Shown: positions 50,505 through 63,631 of the stretch, one piece after another | How positions within the stretch are numbered: position 1 is the first letter of the stretch | How the letters are laid out: each line of letters begins with the position of its first letter | Origin: Camelus dromedarius | Lineage: Eukaryota | Length of the DNA stretch: 64,000 bases | Direction: 5' to 3' | Assembly: GCF_036321535.1 (NCBI RefSeq) | Contig: NC_087437.1 | Coordinates: 85,934,001-85,998,000 of the forward strand | The notes under the pieces: generated by a model | What the model was told of the DNA's origin: nothing | Databases searched by the model: none | The model's input: the letters and a program-made list of their open reading frames with translations, nothing else | Position numbers and translations under genes: made by a program

Positions 50505-50662
50505 AACAGTTAAAATTTATTGAATACTTACTCACAGCACTACAAACTATGCTAAAGCATTTTATGTATTTTATATCATTTAATCCTCAAAACAACCATG
50601 GGAAGGAGGTGTTAGCATCCATATTTTACAGATGAAAAAGCTGAGACTAAAAGATATTAAGT
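50505..50662 (-). mobile_element. MIR SINE
   Basis: atttattgaatacttact...tcatttaatcctcaaaacaacc...attttacagatgaaaaagctgagact. Confidence 0.85.
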
Positions 50663-53464
50663 TTTCTCTAATGATGATGAATGTAGATACAGTTAGATTC
50701 ATTGCTATTGATGTAAATTGATTTCAGTCAGGAGATTTGTTGTTTGTATTAACTAGAGCACAGCTAAGCTACTGTAAGAGACATAAATAAAATTGATTAA
50801 CAAGATCAAAGTTTATTTCTCAGTTACACAGAATCCAGGGCTTAGAAGGAGGCCACTACCTTTCTTATCACACCATTCCATCTCTAAGTCCCAGCAGTCC
50901 ATTCTAATACTCCCCTTTGCCCAAAGAGAAGAGAGTGTTTACCTTTTAAGGTACAACCTAAAAGTTGTACACACATATCCATGGCATATAATGTAGAAAA
51001 GTGATTACTATATTTCATTTTGCAGTAGGCAAAACCATGCACATGCAAAGCATGTGAATAAGCTTTTGCTACATGCAGTATAAGGGAGAGGTGCCTGATG
51101 TCTTTTTGTATGGTTTATTACTGAAAAATGTGCCTCAGGGTATAATATTTTTATTTTGTAGTGTAAACTAGAAAATATATGCTTGGATTAATCTTAACAG
51201 AGCAGCATTTTTGTGTCTAAAGAGGAAAAGCACTACTCAACAATTTTTTTTTAAGTTACACCTGAATACTAATTCAGCACATTGGAAAAAAATTGTGAAA
51301 ACTTTCATTATGATCACATTTCACCTACTGAGAATATATGTCTTTCAGCATATTGCATGAAGAAATTGGCAGTAAATACATAACCAACTGTCCACATCGA
51401 GGTATACTGGTAGACAAGAAAAATTTATTAAACAATTCAAAATAGGGTATAAGATGAAAAACATTTCATGACAACAATAATGCCTGGGAAAACCACTTAA
51501 ATGATTACACATGGCTTGCTTTAGTGCCACATCTCAGTGATGTGCTCAATATCTTAAAGAGCTGAAAGCCACCAATTTAGCATCAAAATACCACAATTTT
51601 TATTGCTGAAGACAAAAACAAAACAGGAAAATTTCTATGAGATTGAAACAGGAGATTTCTATGAGAAAGAGTTTCACTCTTTCTTAGCATTTGCTTTTTT
51701 TCCTCATTGATTGGAAAGAGAAAGATTTTTTTAATGTTTTGAGCATATTTACAAACAATATCCAAATACAACAACAGAACAGATGTTCCACAGTTGAAAG
51801 TAAATAAAAAACGCATCAGGAATTAATGGATCTGACTTCTGAATGGAAAAGCTTCCTTGACTGAGAAGGAAATTTAATTTAAATATCCCTGAATCTAACA
51901 CTTAGAGCCTCATAATGAACTTACTGTGAGATAAGATTTTCTATTTCAGTTAAAAATACAGAGTAAAAATTGGATGAGGAATCTAATCTATGGCTCAACC
52001 TAACCATTATCAAAATTAATAGGTATATCTTGGTAAAAGGTCATCATCTTTCTCATGAATATAAAGTTGATATAATTATCAATTTAAAATATTTTTAAAA
52101 TGCTGAAACATAATCTAAAACTCATTATTTATATAATTGATTGTCATTCACATAATTTATTATTATTCATTATTTACATATATGCTGAATGGCCTTAAGA
52201 GTTTTAGTTGAGAAGATCTGTCCGTAACTTTTTACCATTATTCCCATTATTCAGAGTAGATTTACAGGATGAAGGAAACTTCCATTTGGCATTTATTTCA
52301 GTATCTAAACAAGCAGAAATTACAGAAGGGCAAAAAAAAAAAAAAAATACAAAGCCACACAGTGAAAGAGAAGGGTACATTGAATATAACTTTGTTTTAT
52401 TCCTACTCTGTCAACACCATCAACTTTAATCAAAATATATGTTAATGGTAAATTAGTCAATTTTTTAATTTAATAGTCTTCATTATTTGAACTTGTTTTC
52501 CTTATTGCCACCTACACTATTTTCATTAATCCTTTCACTGACTGTCTAATTAAGTTTTCTGTCCTTTCAACAGTGAATTAAGAAAATCACGATTCAACCA
52601 TGTATCCTTTTTTTGATATGAGTAAAGCTTTTCTTTATCTACCATACCCAGCACTATGTCAAAGAGAGGATTAAATTATTTTAGCAGAATTTATTTTGTA
52701 TAAAACTATGATACCTTCTACTGTTTTTGACAAAAGTAAATGTTAGGGTATTTTTTTTATGGGACAAAGCTGGCGGGTTTCTTTTCATATCTATATTATG
52801 TTTCAGTACTTTCTGAACCCACATACCAATCAGAAAAGTAACAAAAGTATTTAGCATCTTCTTTGACTTCCCCTACTTGATTCCCCCAATTTTCAAAACA
52901 ATCATGTAGCAGAGATCCAAGGCTGCAAAACAAGATGAATTGAGCAGAAGAAGATCATTAGAAGGAACAATGTGGCACTCATCATTTTGTGCTGTCACAA
53001 CACCATCTGTGTTGCACCAGACCAGAGTAACTTTGACATGACAAATAAACCTCTTAGGGGAAACGGGGATTCTATTAATTGTTGCACTGTCTGGCCAAAC
53101 ACTATGATATACTCTCCTCTAAAGCAGCACCATACACAATTGTTATTATTGAATTAACAATAGCAATGAGTCATGATTTTTAAAATAACATTTATTTCCT
53201 CTGGATGAAAAATAAGATTTAAACTATCTTAGTCTCACTGGGGTGGTATAAACATATTTATGCAGCCTTCTAATTATATTTATTCCTCATCTGGGGGACT
53301 GACTCTAGAAATATTGTTTTCTTCACCCTGCTAATAAATATTGTTCAGTGAAACTACAACATGTGTCCTCATGGCAGTCATTCCCCTCAAATGCAAAACG
53401 TGCTGAGGTTTTTTGTTCAAATAACTTTGATCTGCAGGCACTGACCTGTTCTTGAACATTAATG

Positions 53465-53950
53465 TTATTAACAACAATAATGACAGTTAATATCTGTTGA
53501 AGGTTTATATATGCCAGCTGCCCTGCTCTATGTGGATAAGCCTCACAAAAATCCTATGAGCTAGACGTTTTTTATTAATACTATAATTTTGTAGACCAGG
53601 AGTTAGCCAACATTTTTGGTAAAGGGACAAACAGTAAATACTTTAAACTTTGCCAGCCTTGCAGTCTGTCACAGCTATTCAGCTGCTATTGTGATGCAAA
53701 AGCTGCAGAGACAATACACAATCAAATAAGTGTACCTGTATTCCAATAAAACTTTATTTACCAAAAAAGTGAGGGGGCAGCAGGCTGGATTTCCAGTGGG
53801 CCATTGTTTGCCTACCCCTCTTCCACATGAGGAAATTGAGGTTTAGCTTAGGTTACATAATTTGCCCAAGGTCACTAAGTAGTGAGGTCAACTTTTGAAA
53901 ACAGACTAACTCCAGATCTGAGCTCCTAACCACTGTGTTTTACTGCCTCC
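53465..53950 (-). mobile_element. MIR split by MER58A
   Basis: Left part cctcacaaaaatcctatgag...atttt and right part atgaggaaattgagg...ttgcccaaggtcac...ctcctaaccactg rejoin at the MIR core ttttacagatgagg. Confidence 0.75.
53597..53820 (+). mobile_element. MER58A hAT MITE (full length)
   Basis: Starts caggagttagccaac...gtaaagggacaaacagtaaata, contains ttccaataaaactttattta, ends gtttgcctacccct. Confidence 0.85.
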
Positions 53951-54304
53951 ACAATTCTGTAATCTCCTGCATCCTGGGTGATGAATGGGAAGACTGAGAA
54001 ATGTGAAAATCCTTACATCTTAATAACTGGCACTGGAATTTCTCTCAGAGAGGGTACTCATTTGTTCTTGAGAAGTCTTGATGAGTCACTTGGGAAATGC
54101 TGAGAGCCAAAGACAACTGTCAGCAGGCTTTAAGGTAAGAGAAAAGATATGAATAGGAATTTTGAGGTGCAGCATGAGTAAGTAGAAAGAATAGCTGAAT
54201 GTATTATGAGTGATTATAGCCTAAATTACAAGGAAAAAACGTCAACAGATATGAATGATTTTTTTTTTTCTAAAAAAGAAGGAGATTGGTTCTTTCTAAC
54301 ATTC

Positions 54305-54860
54305 TATTACTTAGGCTGTAAGTAATAGAAAGCACTGCTCCAACAGTCTTTAAAAAATACAGAAAGACAATCTCTCACATAATGTAAATCAAAGTGGGAC
54401 AGTTTGCAGGTGTGGTATGTTCTCAGCTCCAGCTGTTTCTTTGCTCTTCCCTCGTGTACGTGTCAACTCTATTATTAGAAAGCCCTTCTCCATGGTAGCA
54501 AGATGACTGCCTGCATCAGCTGTGGCAGCATACTTCTTTTTTCATGTGTAGTGAGGAAGACAGGAAAAACATTGTCTCCCAGTGACGGGCAGGTATCTTT
54601 TCTTCCTATCTGAACAGGCTGACTCCCCTGAATTAAGAAGCAGCCCACCTAAAGTCCCAAGTGTTTGGAGTTTAATTATGGATTCCCAAAATCATTCTCT
54701 GGAAAGAAGGGTGAATTTCCTGAGATTAGCCTACTAGACTAACCATCACATGGCCCTGCAGCTGCAGATGTGGCCAGTTCACTTGAGTCATGTGGGCTGT
54801 AGGGGCTGGACGACTATCTGAACAAAAGTGGGATTCCTTTAGGAACACAGAAGGCGTACA
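54305..54860 (-). mobile_element. Old MaLR LTR (MLT1J/K-like)
   Basis: ggctgtaagtaatagaaa...tctcacataa...catggtagcaagatgactgc...tgaacaaaagtgggattc. Confidence 0.6.
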
Positions 54861-54888
54861 TCTCTAACTCTTATGATCACATACTTAC

Positions 54889-54894
54889 GTTGCT
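54889..54894 (-). other. Candidate 6-nt frame-preserving microexon (unverified)
   Basis: Minus strand reads ccttgtttctttttatttgttgttgatttaagtctgtgttgtttcag|AGCAAC|gtaagtat. Confidence 0.35.
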
Positions 54895-55939
54895 CTGAAA
54901 CAACACAGACTTAAATCAACAACAAATAAAAAGAAACAAGGCTTGTCATTAACATTGAGCTTACGTCTGGTTTTAGAAACTATCATATTGCATTTTAAGT
55001 CAACAAACAACAAGGTTTTTTCTTTATGTCAGGCAATGTCACAGACCCAGGGTAGAAAGAAAAACTGGCAGGCACTTGTGAGAGACAACACGGAAACAGA
55101 CATTTTGAAACAACCTGGGGAGTGGATTAATAGCAGAATACCTCAAGGACTATGGGTGTACTCCAGACTGGAGGAGCCAGAGAAGGCTTCTAAAGGATAG
55201 TTTCACCCTCCTTTATTCATTAAGAAAATTAATTAAGAAATTAAGGCTATATGTCACAATGTCATAACATACATGTGGACACATTCAACAATAAAATATT
55301 TTCCTTATAATAGTATAGATGTGAGCTAAGTATTTCTCACAATATCATGTCATTTGTTGAAAGGCACCAGGTTAGGTTCCAGTAAAGGTTAGAAGTGATA
55401 CATGCATAAACTCTACACAAATATACAGAGATATATATATCGGCACCTCATACACTTACCAGGGAGCATGAGTGTTCACATTCATTTGCATTCCCTTGCA
55501 AATCTAGAAATCAAGCCTAGGTATTAGGGTGAAACTACATGGTGAACACAGAAACAGAATTTTGATTTGTACAGGAGAAACATATTTAGAAAATTGATGC
55601 AGTATCCTTTAAATGTGTAATTTACTTTGAAATGGGAACATACTTAGTCTGCAGTGTATTCATTTTCTTAATAACTAAATCTGGCATAACCTTGAGAAGA
55701 CAGCTTCACTTGCACTTAAGGGAAGCACTCACGGTTGTAAGTAGCTGAACGTTTTGGAAGGGAAAACACTGAATTTACTGAATTTCGAGCTTTACAAGGA
55801 ATACATTAATGTGTAAAAGAAATAAGACCCAAAGCATAAATGCTTTTAAATTATCTTTTCCCTAGATAAAAATTATAGTACCATGGCTTTTAAGCATACA
55901 TTAAAGATTCAACAATATAGCTTTTTCTAGGAATTATCT

Positions 55940-56146
55940 GAAGTTCAACCACAGCACAGCTGGTATTTTGAGCTGGAATAATTTTTGTCATTGAGGCTGT
56001 CCTGTGCATGGTAGGATGTGTGGCAGCATCCCTGGCCTCTACTCACTAGATGCCAGTAGCTCCTCCTAATTTTGACAATCAAAACAATATCTCCACAGAC
56101 TGTCAGCCCCTGGGGGACAGAATTGCTCCTGACTGAAAACCACCAT
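55940..56146 (-). mobile_element. MER20 hAT MITE
   Basis: ggctgtcctgtgcatggtaggatg..gcagcatccctggcctctactcactagatgccagtagc is the reverse complement of the MER20 core. Confidence 0.9.
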
Positions 56147-56586
56147 CTTAAAAATAATTTTACTATTAATCTACAGCTTAAAAATATTATATAACAACTA
56201 ACTTCCCACCTATTATTGGTTTTTCAATGTATTATGATTACTTGTGAAAAATAATAAGCAAGCTGTTTCCAAAGTTAAATTTTGAAATATCTTTAAGATC
56301 TGTGCAAGTTAGGGAAACAGCTTAAGGGTCATAAGAATCATGGGGCAAATGGAGATAAAATTATTTTGCAGTAATTCCAAAGTTGATTCTAACATAGGAA
56401 AGTATCACTTCTGGTCTTGGATTTATGATCTTGTAAAAAAAAAATGGCCTGAATTATCCAAGAAATGTGATAAATAAGTGATGAGGAAAACATAAACCCA
56501 ACCAGGATAAACAAGGCAAAGTTTAAGTTTTAGGAGCAATTAACAAGTGATGGTAAGTAGAGAATTCAAACCAATAATTAAGAGGA

Positions 56587-57236
56587 TAATTCGAGAAGAC
56601 ACCTGCACCCAAGTGTACATAGCAGCACTATTTACAATAGCTAGGATATGGAAAAATCTAAATGTCCCTTGAAAGATAACTGGATAAAAAAGTTGTGGTG
56701 TATATATATATAGTATAGTAGTAATCATACATATATATACTACTTATTCATTAAAAAGAACAAAATAATGCCATTTGCAGCAACATGGATGGACCTGGAG
56801 GTCATCATTCTAAGTGAAGTAAGCCAGAAAGAGAAAGAAAAATACCATATGATATCACTTATGTGTGGAATCCAAAAAAAAAGACACAAATGAACTTATT
56901 TACAAAACAGAAACAGACTCACAGACATAGAAAACAAACTTCTGGTTACTGAGGGGAGAGAGGATGGGAAGGGCTAAGATGGGAGCTCAAGATTTGCAGA
57001 TACTAACTACTATATATAAAACAGATGAACAACAAATTTATGCTATATTGGACAGAGAACTATATTCAATAACTTACAGTAACCTATAATAAAAATGAAA
57101 AAGATTATGAAAAGGAATGTGTATATATGTATGACTGAAACATTATGCTATATACCAGAAATTGACACAACATTGTAAACTGACTATACTTCAATAAAAG
57201 TAAATAAATAATTCTGGAAAAAAAGATTTAAAAAAA
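56587..57236 (+). mobile_element. 5'-truncated LINE-1 (ORF2 end plus 3' UTR) with TSD
   Basis: Collinear with ~3137-3710. TSD aataattaagagga (56573-56586) vs aagaattaagagga (57237-57250), 13/14 identical. Confidence 0.95.
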
Positions 57237-58274
57237 AAGAATTAAGAGGAGGAATAACTCTCAGGAAACAAGCACTTAGGAATAGCCACGGCCATCCTTT
57301 CTCTACTTATTATTTTTGTAAACTTTTTAGGGACCTAGATAACATAGAAAAGACAGAAACCATTCTGGCTTGAAGAATCCTAGGAGGAAATAGCATTAGA
57401 TAGAGCCAATTCTCTTCTTAAGCATAATTCAAATATTTCTGACATACAAATTAATGTATACATATTTCCATATTGTTTTTGTATCATCTTGTTCAATCTG
57501 GCGCCCCATTTAAAAAGCCTAAGACATTGCCTACCACATAGTAGGCACAAATAAATATTTTTAATAAATAATTGAATATTTAATAAATGACTTCTGTTTC
57601 TTCCATAACCAAAACCAACATTTCACAAAAAACAGCTTTTAGCAAGAAAGTCCCTGTTTCAGGGAACTTTCTTTTTTAACATTTCATTATTCTCAATACT
57701 CCCCAAAAGTAATCCAGATTCTAAAACCTTCAACTGTACATGACTCTATGGTACCCATAATAGCACTTTTAATACCCTGACACTCTCAAGTAACCTGTGG
57801 CATATGCTAGATAAGAAAAAACTTGCTTCTTATCCAGAGAGACTAAGCCAATATTGGAGAGGAAAAAAATTACAAGATTTGATACATAGTACTGAAAATA
57901 CTGTGACATAAAAGAATGGTTATACATTAATAAAACGTATTCAAATAATTAAATATAAACTAAAACAATTCCACTTTGAATAACTAAAGGCTTTATGGCC
58001 AGGTTACAGAGAAAGTCCAAAATAGATTTTATGTTTCAAATACTGTAGTAGAGCTAAATTCTCTTAAATCCCTTTTATATATTAGGACTCCATATGCTTA
58101 AATGGTAGAACATCCTGTCATTAGGGCTCTAAACGAAACAATGATGAATATTCAGAACCCAGGGATTGCATAGATCTGAGGTCAGGATACAGCAGGAAGT
58201 CAAAGCCAGATACACCATCAATCAGGCAAAAACTTATATTCATTTTCATGTTCCCACAGGACATAAAGAGACGT

Positions 58275-58448
58275 CAGTAATTTTCAACTCTGCCTGCATA
58301 AAATAATCACCTGTAGAGCTCAACAAAGTACTGCTGTCTAGATGCCATCCTCAGAAATTCAGATTTAATTGGTCTGGGTTGGGGCCAGAGCCTCAATATT
58401 TTTTAAGAGCCCCATAGGTAATTCCAATTTGCAAACACTGAGATACAG
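58275..58448. mobile_element. MER5A-like hAT MITE
   Basis: cagtaattttcaact...aatcacctgtagagct...cagaaattcagatttaattggtctgggttggggcc...aggtaattccaat. Confidence 0.8.
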
Positions 58449-59155
58449 GCATAATTAAATGCTAAGTTTAAATGCTAAGTAAGCAGTATTAGGCATTAGA
58501 TATTTTTAAAAGATATCTATTATTTTATTATTCATTAGTATGCATTTGCTAGTATACATCCTTAGATGTATCATAGTCAGAAGCCACAGGGTGACTTTTA
58601 TCAGTACATATCAGTGTTTGCAAAAGTAAAATCTCATGGATCAGAAGTTTAGTTGCTGCATAGCAACATGAATTACAAATATCTTTCCTCTCCTCTCACT
58701 TCCCTTTGTTAGCATTATCAAGTTCTGAGACATTCTTTAATATTAAAGATGTAATATTTTATTGTGGAAACAATATAGTTCTTTTAGTGAAAAGATTCCC
58801 TTCTTTCAAAGTTAAAGGCACCAAATAAAGTAGAGAAAGACCTGATTAATACCATTATAAATCAGTAGTCAAGACAGTCATACCATTATCAAGAGAGGAT
58901 GACATGACATTGTAACTGAACAGGACCCTATTGTCATCATCAGTGACCACCTGATATCTGTAATGGTGCTGAACCATGTAATTAATGGTTGTAGAGTTTT
59001 TCTCATGCTTTTGCTGACCAGGGTTGAGCTGGAGAGGAAGGAGATTTAGGTGGTCTGCCCAACCCCCTTGTGGTGCTGTGTGCACAGTTCGTGCTCAGTG
59101 CACTGCTCTTGACCCCAGTGCCCTCCTCGTGACACCTTATGGTTTCCTTGTATCC

Positions 59156-59643
59156 TGTTGTTCAAGCTGCAGGCCTCAGACTACAGTCAAAAGTCCCAGG
59201 CCTCACCTTGCTTAAAAGGCTAAAAGTATTTATCAACCTGACTTTAAGCTGCACAAGTTTTTCTCTAGAGCTCCTTTCCACAGAGCTCCTTTCTATGCAT
59301 TCTTTGTTCTAGGTACAAGAACATTAAGAGTCCCAAAGCACAGAAGGTGAACTTCACACTCAGCAGAGAGAAGGGGACCACTGCATCAGCAAAAACAAGA
59401 ACAACTTTGCAACAATTTGTTACCCTGAATACAGTCTCTATGGAAACTAATTCTGCCCCTTGAACTCTTACTATAAACCCCACTGTCTTCTCTCCCCAGG
59501 AGGCTCATAGTCTTAGAAGAATTAGCCCATTGTGACTTCCTTTGCCTGTCAAAGAAATAAAGCTGTCTTTTCTACTTTATCCAAAACTTTGTCCTAGAAT
59601 CTCAATTTAGTAAGCAGGGTATGGAGGCTGTGTTTTGGCAACA
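59156..59643 (+). mobile_element. ERV1-class solo LTR
   Basis: tgttg...ggcaaca termini, TATAAA at 59472-59477, AATAAA at 59556-59561 in the context cctttgcctgtcaaagaaataaagct. No clean TSD, so the 5' end is uncertain. Confidence 0.65.
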
Positions 59644-59889
59644 AAATTATCAACATTCTTAAGGAAATTAAAAACTTATAAGGAAATGATTGTTTTTTAC
59701 CTGAATTAAGCCATTAAATCAATTTATCTGAAAATTAAATATAAAGCTTTTGATCTAAAGAACAACAATGATAAAGTGAAAATCTAATCAAATGGCATTC
59801 CATCTAAGCAAGTACATAAACATTGGATGGCACCAGTTGTAGGTATTTTTAAAGACCAATGGTCAAATGAGATTTCATATAAAGCACAC

Positions 59890-60420
59890 CTACATGAAGC
59901 TTATAGATAACACAACAGTTTATGCATACTCTCTCTGAGACTGCAATAAAATGAGAGAAAACTGTTTTTTAAAAATTAAATAAAAAGCATAAACATCCAA
60001 GGACAAAGACAATGGGACACCATAGCAGCAACATTTGGGGAGCTAGAAAATCACTGGAGAGAGCAGAATGCCAAGCCTACGAGTGTTAGGAAGTAGAGGT
60101 ACTAGCTCTCTTCCAGAGCGACAGCAGGGGATAAAAATGGGCCATTGCTCCTTCTCAACACCAGTAGAAGACAGGAGTTTTACTCTATGGAGACGTGGAT
60201 CCAAAGAGACTCATACAGCATACCACACACACATCCCAGTGTGACTGATCCTGGGGTGGGTCCCTCCAAGATTTTCTTAAATAGAACTATCAGAGAAAAA
60301 GTATCCTTTCTTCAAGTAGGGAACCTGAAAAGCTGTAACTCAGGAGATGCTAGGGACTGTATATACTACCACATAAAGGAATCCGAGAGAATGAATGAAT
60401 AACCAATAGAGAAGTGGATG
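59890..60420 (+). mobile_element. HAL1/old L1 5' region, degenerate
   Basis: aaagcataaacatccaaggacaaagacaatggga...cagcaacatttggggagctagaaa resembles the recalled HAL1 5' end. Confidence 0.45.
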
Positions 60421-61495
60421 ATCTTGTTGAAAGAGACTTTAAAGTTTTAGGAATTCAGCAAGTGCCTGTTTTTGCTCTACCTTGATCTCATAGTCTCAAA
60501 GCACATAGTGTTTCCTCAATTAGAGTTTGCTAAATAAAAGAATCAAGTCTCTACCCTCTAGCAATCATCTCAAAAAAAAAAAAATCTACATCTCTTTTTG
60601 CTGAAGCTTATCTGAATTAGGTTTTTGTCACTTGCAAAGAAATAACTTTAATATGTAAGTATAATTATACCAAAAGAAAAGAGTGAAAAGTTAAATGACT
60701 GAAAATGTAGAAGTGGCCATTCAAGTTGGACTCAGGATAATGAAGACACTTCTATCCCAGGAAGGGAAAACTAATTGCTCCAAGCCGGTGAAGCAGTTCA
60801 TTAAGCAATTAAAATAATTTGTCTGAAATATGTGCCTGCCTAAACTCAATCTTCAATGATAGAAAAATACTGGAACATAGGAATGCTGGCATTTTTTCCC
60901 AGGATTTAAGAAGGTCCTACATATGAGAGACAAGCTTTAATCTAAGCTCCTCCATCTGGAAACAAAAAGACTACTGCTAGTATAAACAGTTTTTTAAGAG
61001 ATACATTTTCTGCCCATGGCCATTAAGCTGTAATTTCATACACCGTAAGAAACTGGCAACAGTTGAATTCTCTGACTTACATAGAAATTTGTGTTTGCAA
61101 AGCTTAGGAAGGGAGAACCAATGCAGCAGCTAAGACCAGGACCCAGAAAGAACTAGTAAAATGTCCTATTCAGGCTATCCTCAAACATCTCTTGTTCTGA
61201 AATCCCTGCTTGGTGAAGATATAAACTTTTCCCGAAAAGTACCATCAAAGGAGATGCAGTTTATGGCACTGCCTTACCACTCCAGCCTCTTGTTATCCTG
61301 ATTTGGGCAGTGGCTTAAGCCAAAAGCACTGAGCTGAGACCTAAGAGATTGAGAAGGTGTAAGACCTGCTGATAAGAAACAGAAACTGCAAAGCAAAGAC
61401 TCAAATGCAAAGTTTCTGACTTCACAATTTCTAATTTTATTTACTGTTAAAGGATTCCCATAATATGAAAATTATCGGCTCTATATGTAGAGTTT

Positions 61496-61621
61496 AAGAG
61501 AGAGAGGAATAAGAGGTGGGGAAGGGAGGAGGAAGACGAGAGAGGAGAGGGAAAGGAGCAGGGAGGGAGGTGGGAAGAGATGAGAAAAGGAGAAAGAACG
61601 GAAGGAAAGAAGGAAGGAAGG
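61496..61621. repeat. GA-rich low-complexity tract
   Basis: ~125 nt almost entirely G/A on the + strand. Confidence 0.85.
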
Positions 61622-61899
61622 CAAATGCTTAGGGAAAAAAATATCCCAAGCCTAGTAAACAATGCTGCATAATTGTTTAACTGAGGAGGCAATCCACATG
61701 GTCATGATAGAATTGTTCTCCAGAGGTGAACCATTCTGTAGTGAAGCCTCTTAAAAAGGTATGTCTATAAGAAATCTTAGACAATGGAATTTTTCTCATG
61801 GGCAGAATCAGGACAACAAAACATTTGATCAAGAAATTCACCCTGCTTTCTGGAAAGTGAGTCAAAATATGAATTCACTTTAATGTTCCAGCCAAGCCA

Positions 61900-62148
61900 G
61901 ATAATAATGACAATAGCTAACTAACATTAGCGAGAAATTCACTTACTATGTGCAGGCACTCAATGTGTTAAAGGTTTATTGAATCCTCTGAACAACGTCA
62001 TGAGATTGTTCCTATCATTATGTTGGTTTAGAGGAAAAGAAGACAGACTTACAGATAAGCCCAATGTCCCAGTTAGAAAACTTGAAAGTGACAGAGTCAA
62101 AATCTAAACCCAAAGAACTTGACTCCATAGACAGTGACTACCACTACT
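61900..62148 (-). mobile_element. MIR SINE
   Basis: aatagctaac...cacttactatgtgcaggcact...gaatcctctgaacaac...agtgacagagtcaaaatctaaaccc...tgactcca. Confidence 0.7.
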
Positions 62149-62228
62149 CTAATGAGTATACTGCAGTGGTTTGGATCCTCAATGACTCTTGTGCTGTTTC
62201 ACATTTTCCCCTTAGTTCTAGGGTTCTT

Positions 62229-63093
62229 TTTTTAATTTAAAAAAAAAATTAATTTTATTTATTTATTTTATTGAAGTATCATCAGTTACAATGTGTCCAT
62301 TTCTGGTGTGCAGCACAATGTCCCAGCCATGCATATACACACATATATTCATTTTCATAGTTTTCATTAAAGTTTATTACAAGATATTGAACATAGTTCC
62401 CTGTGCTATACAGAAGAAAAATTTTAAATCTATTTTTATATATAGTGGCTAACATTTGTAACTCTCAAACTCCCAAAATTATCCCTTCCCACCCCCTTTC
62501 CCCAGTAACCATAAGATTGTTTACTATGTCTGCAAGTCTGTTTCTGTTTCATACATGAGTTCATAGTGTCTTTTTTTTTTTTTTTTTTTAGATTCGACAT
62601 ATGAGTGATATCATATGGTATTTTTCTTTCTCTTTCTGGCTTCCATCACTTAGAATGACGATCTCTAGGTCCATCCATGTTCATGCAAATGGCATTATTT
62701 TATTCTTTTTTAATGACTTAGTAGTATTTCATTGTATAAATATATTATAGCTCCTTTATCCAGTCATCTGTTGTTGCACATTTAGGTGGCTTCCATGTCT
62801 TGCCTATTTTATATAGTCCTACTATGAACATTGGGCTGCATGTATCTTTTCGAATTAGAATTCCCTCTGGATATATCCAGAAGTGAGATTGCTGGATTAT
62901 ATGGTAAGTCTATTTTTAGTGTCTGAGGAATCTCAAATACTGTTTTCCATAATGGCTGCACCAAACTGCATTCCCACTAGCAGTGTAGGAGGGTTCCCTT
63001 TTCTCCAAACCCTTTCCAGCATTTACTGTTTGTGGACTTTTGAATGATGGCCATTCTGACTGGTGTGAGGTGATACCTCATTATAGTTTTGAT
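62229..63093 (-). mobile_element. 5'-truncated LINE-1 (ORF2 end plus 3' UTR)
   Basis: Reverse complement of the region ~2905-3710. Likely TSD ggttctt (62222-62228) / gtttctt (63094-63100) followed by AA, a TTCTT|AA endonuclease-type site. Confidence 0.95.
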
Positions 63094-63330
63094 GTTTCTT
63101 AACTGTTAGTGGTTTTTGCCCCTCAGAAGATATTTGGCAATGTTTAGAGACATTTTTGATTGTCACAATGTTGGGTCTGGCGGGGGGTTGAGGGAGGGAG
63201 GTGTTACTGACAACTAGTGGGTCGAGGCCAGGAATGCTCCTAAATATCATAGAACGTGCAAGCCAGCTCCCAAAAGGAAAGAATTATCCAACCCCAAATG
63301 TCAATAGTGACAATGTTAAGAAACCCCACT
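63094..63330 (+). mobile_element. MER20 hAT MITE (left TIR interrupted by the L1)
   Basis: atttggcaatgtttagagacatttttgattgtcacaa...ctagtgggtcgaggccagg..aagaattatcc...aaatgtcaatagtg..gttaagaaaccc. Confidence 0.9.
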
Positions 63331-63631
63331 TTCACTGAATGGAATTTTTTTTGGTTCTTCATTGTATATTGTATCAGGCAGTGAAATGCATCATTCAATA
63401 CGTAAGTTGCTGGCTCATGAGAAGTCATTTCTGGATTTGATTGAGATGACATCCATTGCCCAGAGAATCTAGATTTAAAGCTGAATTAAGTGGCTTTGAT
63501 GGTCACTCATGAGGGAAAGGGTAAGAAAGTTTGTAATTATACATGAAATAATTGGATATAACACAGAAGTCTTTTAAAAGTTATATATGTGGAAAAAAAG
63601 ATATGGGTGCTGTGCATTCAGAGTGGACCCT

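Noticed and set aside
54049..54140. Plus-strand exon-like segment ending AAG|gtaaga with an AP-1 site
   Set aside because: Stops in all three frames, opposite to the inferred host strand, and no other support.
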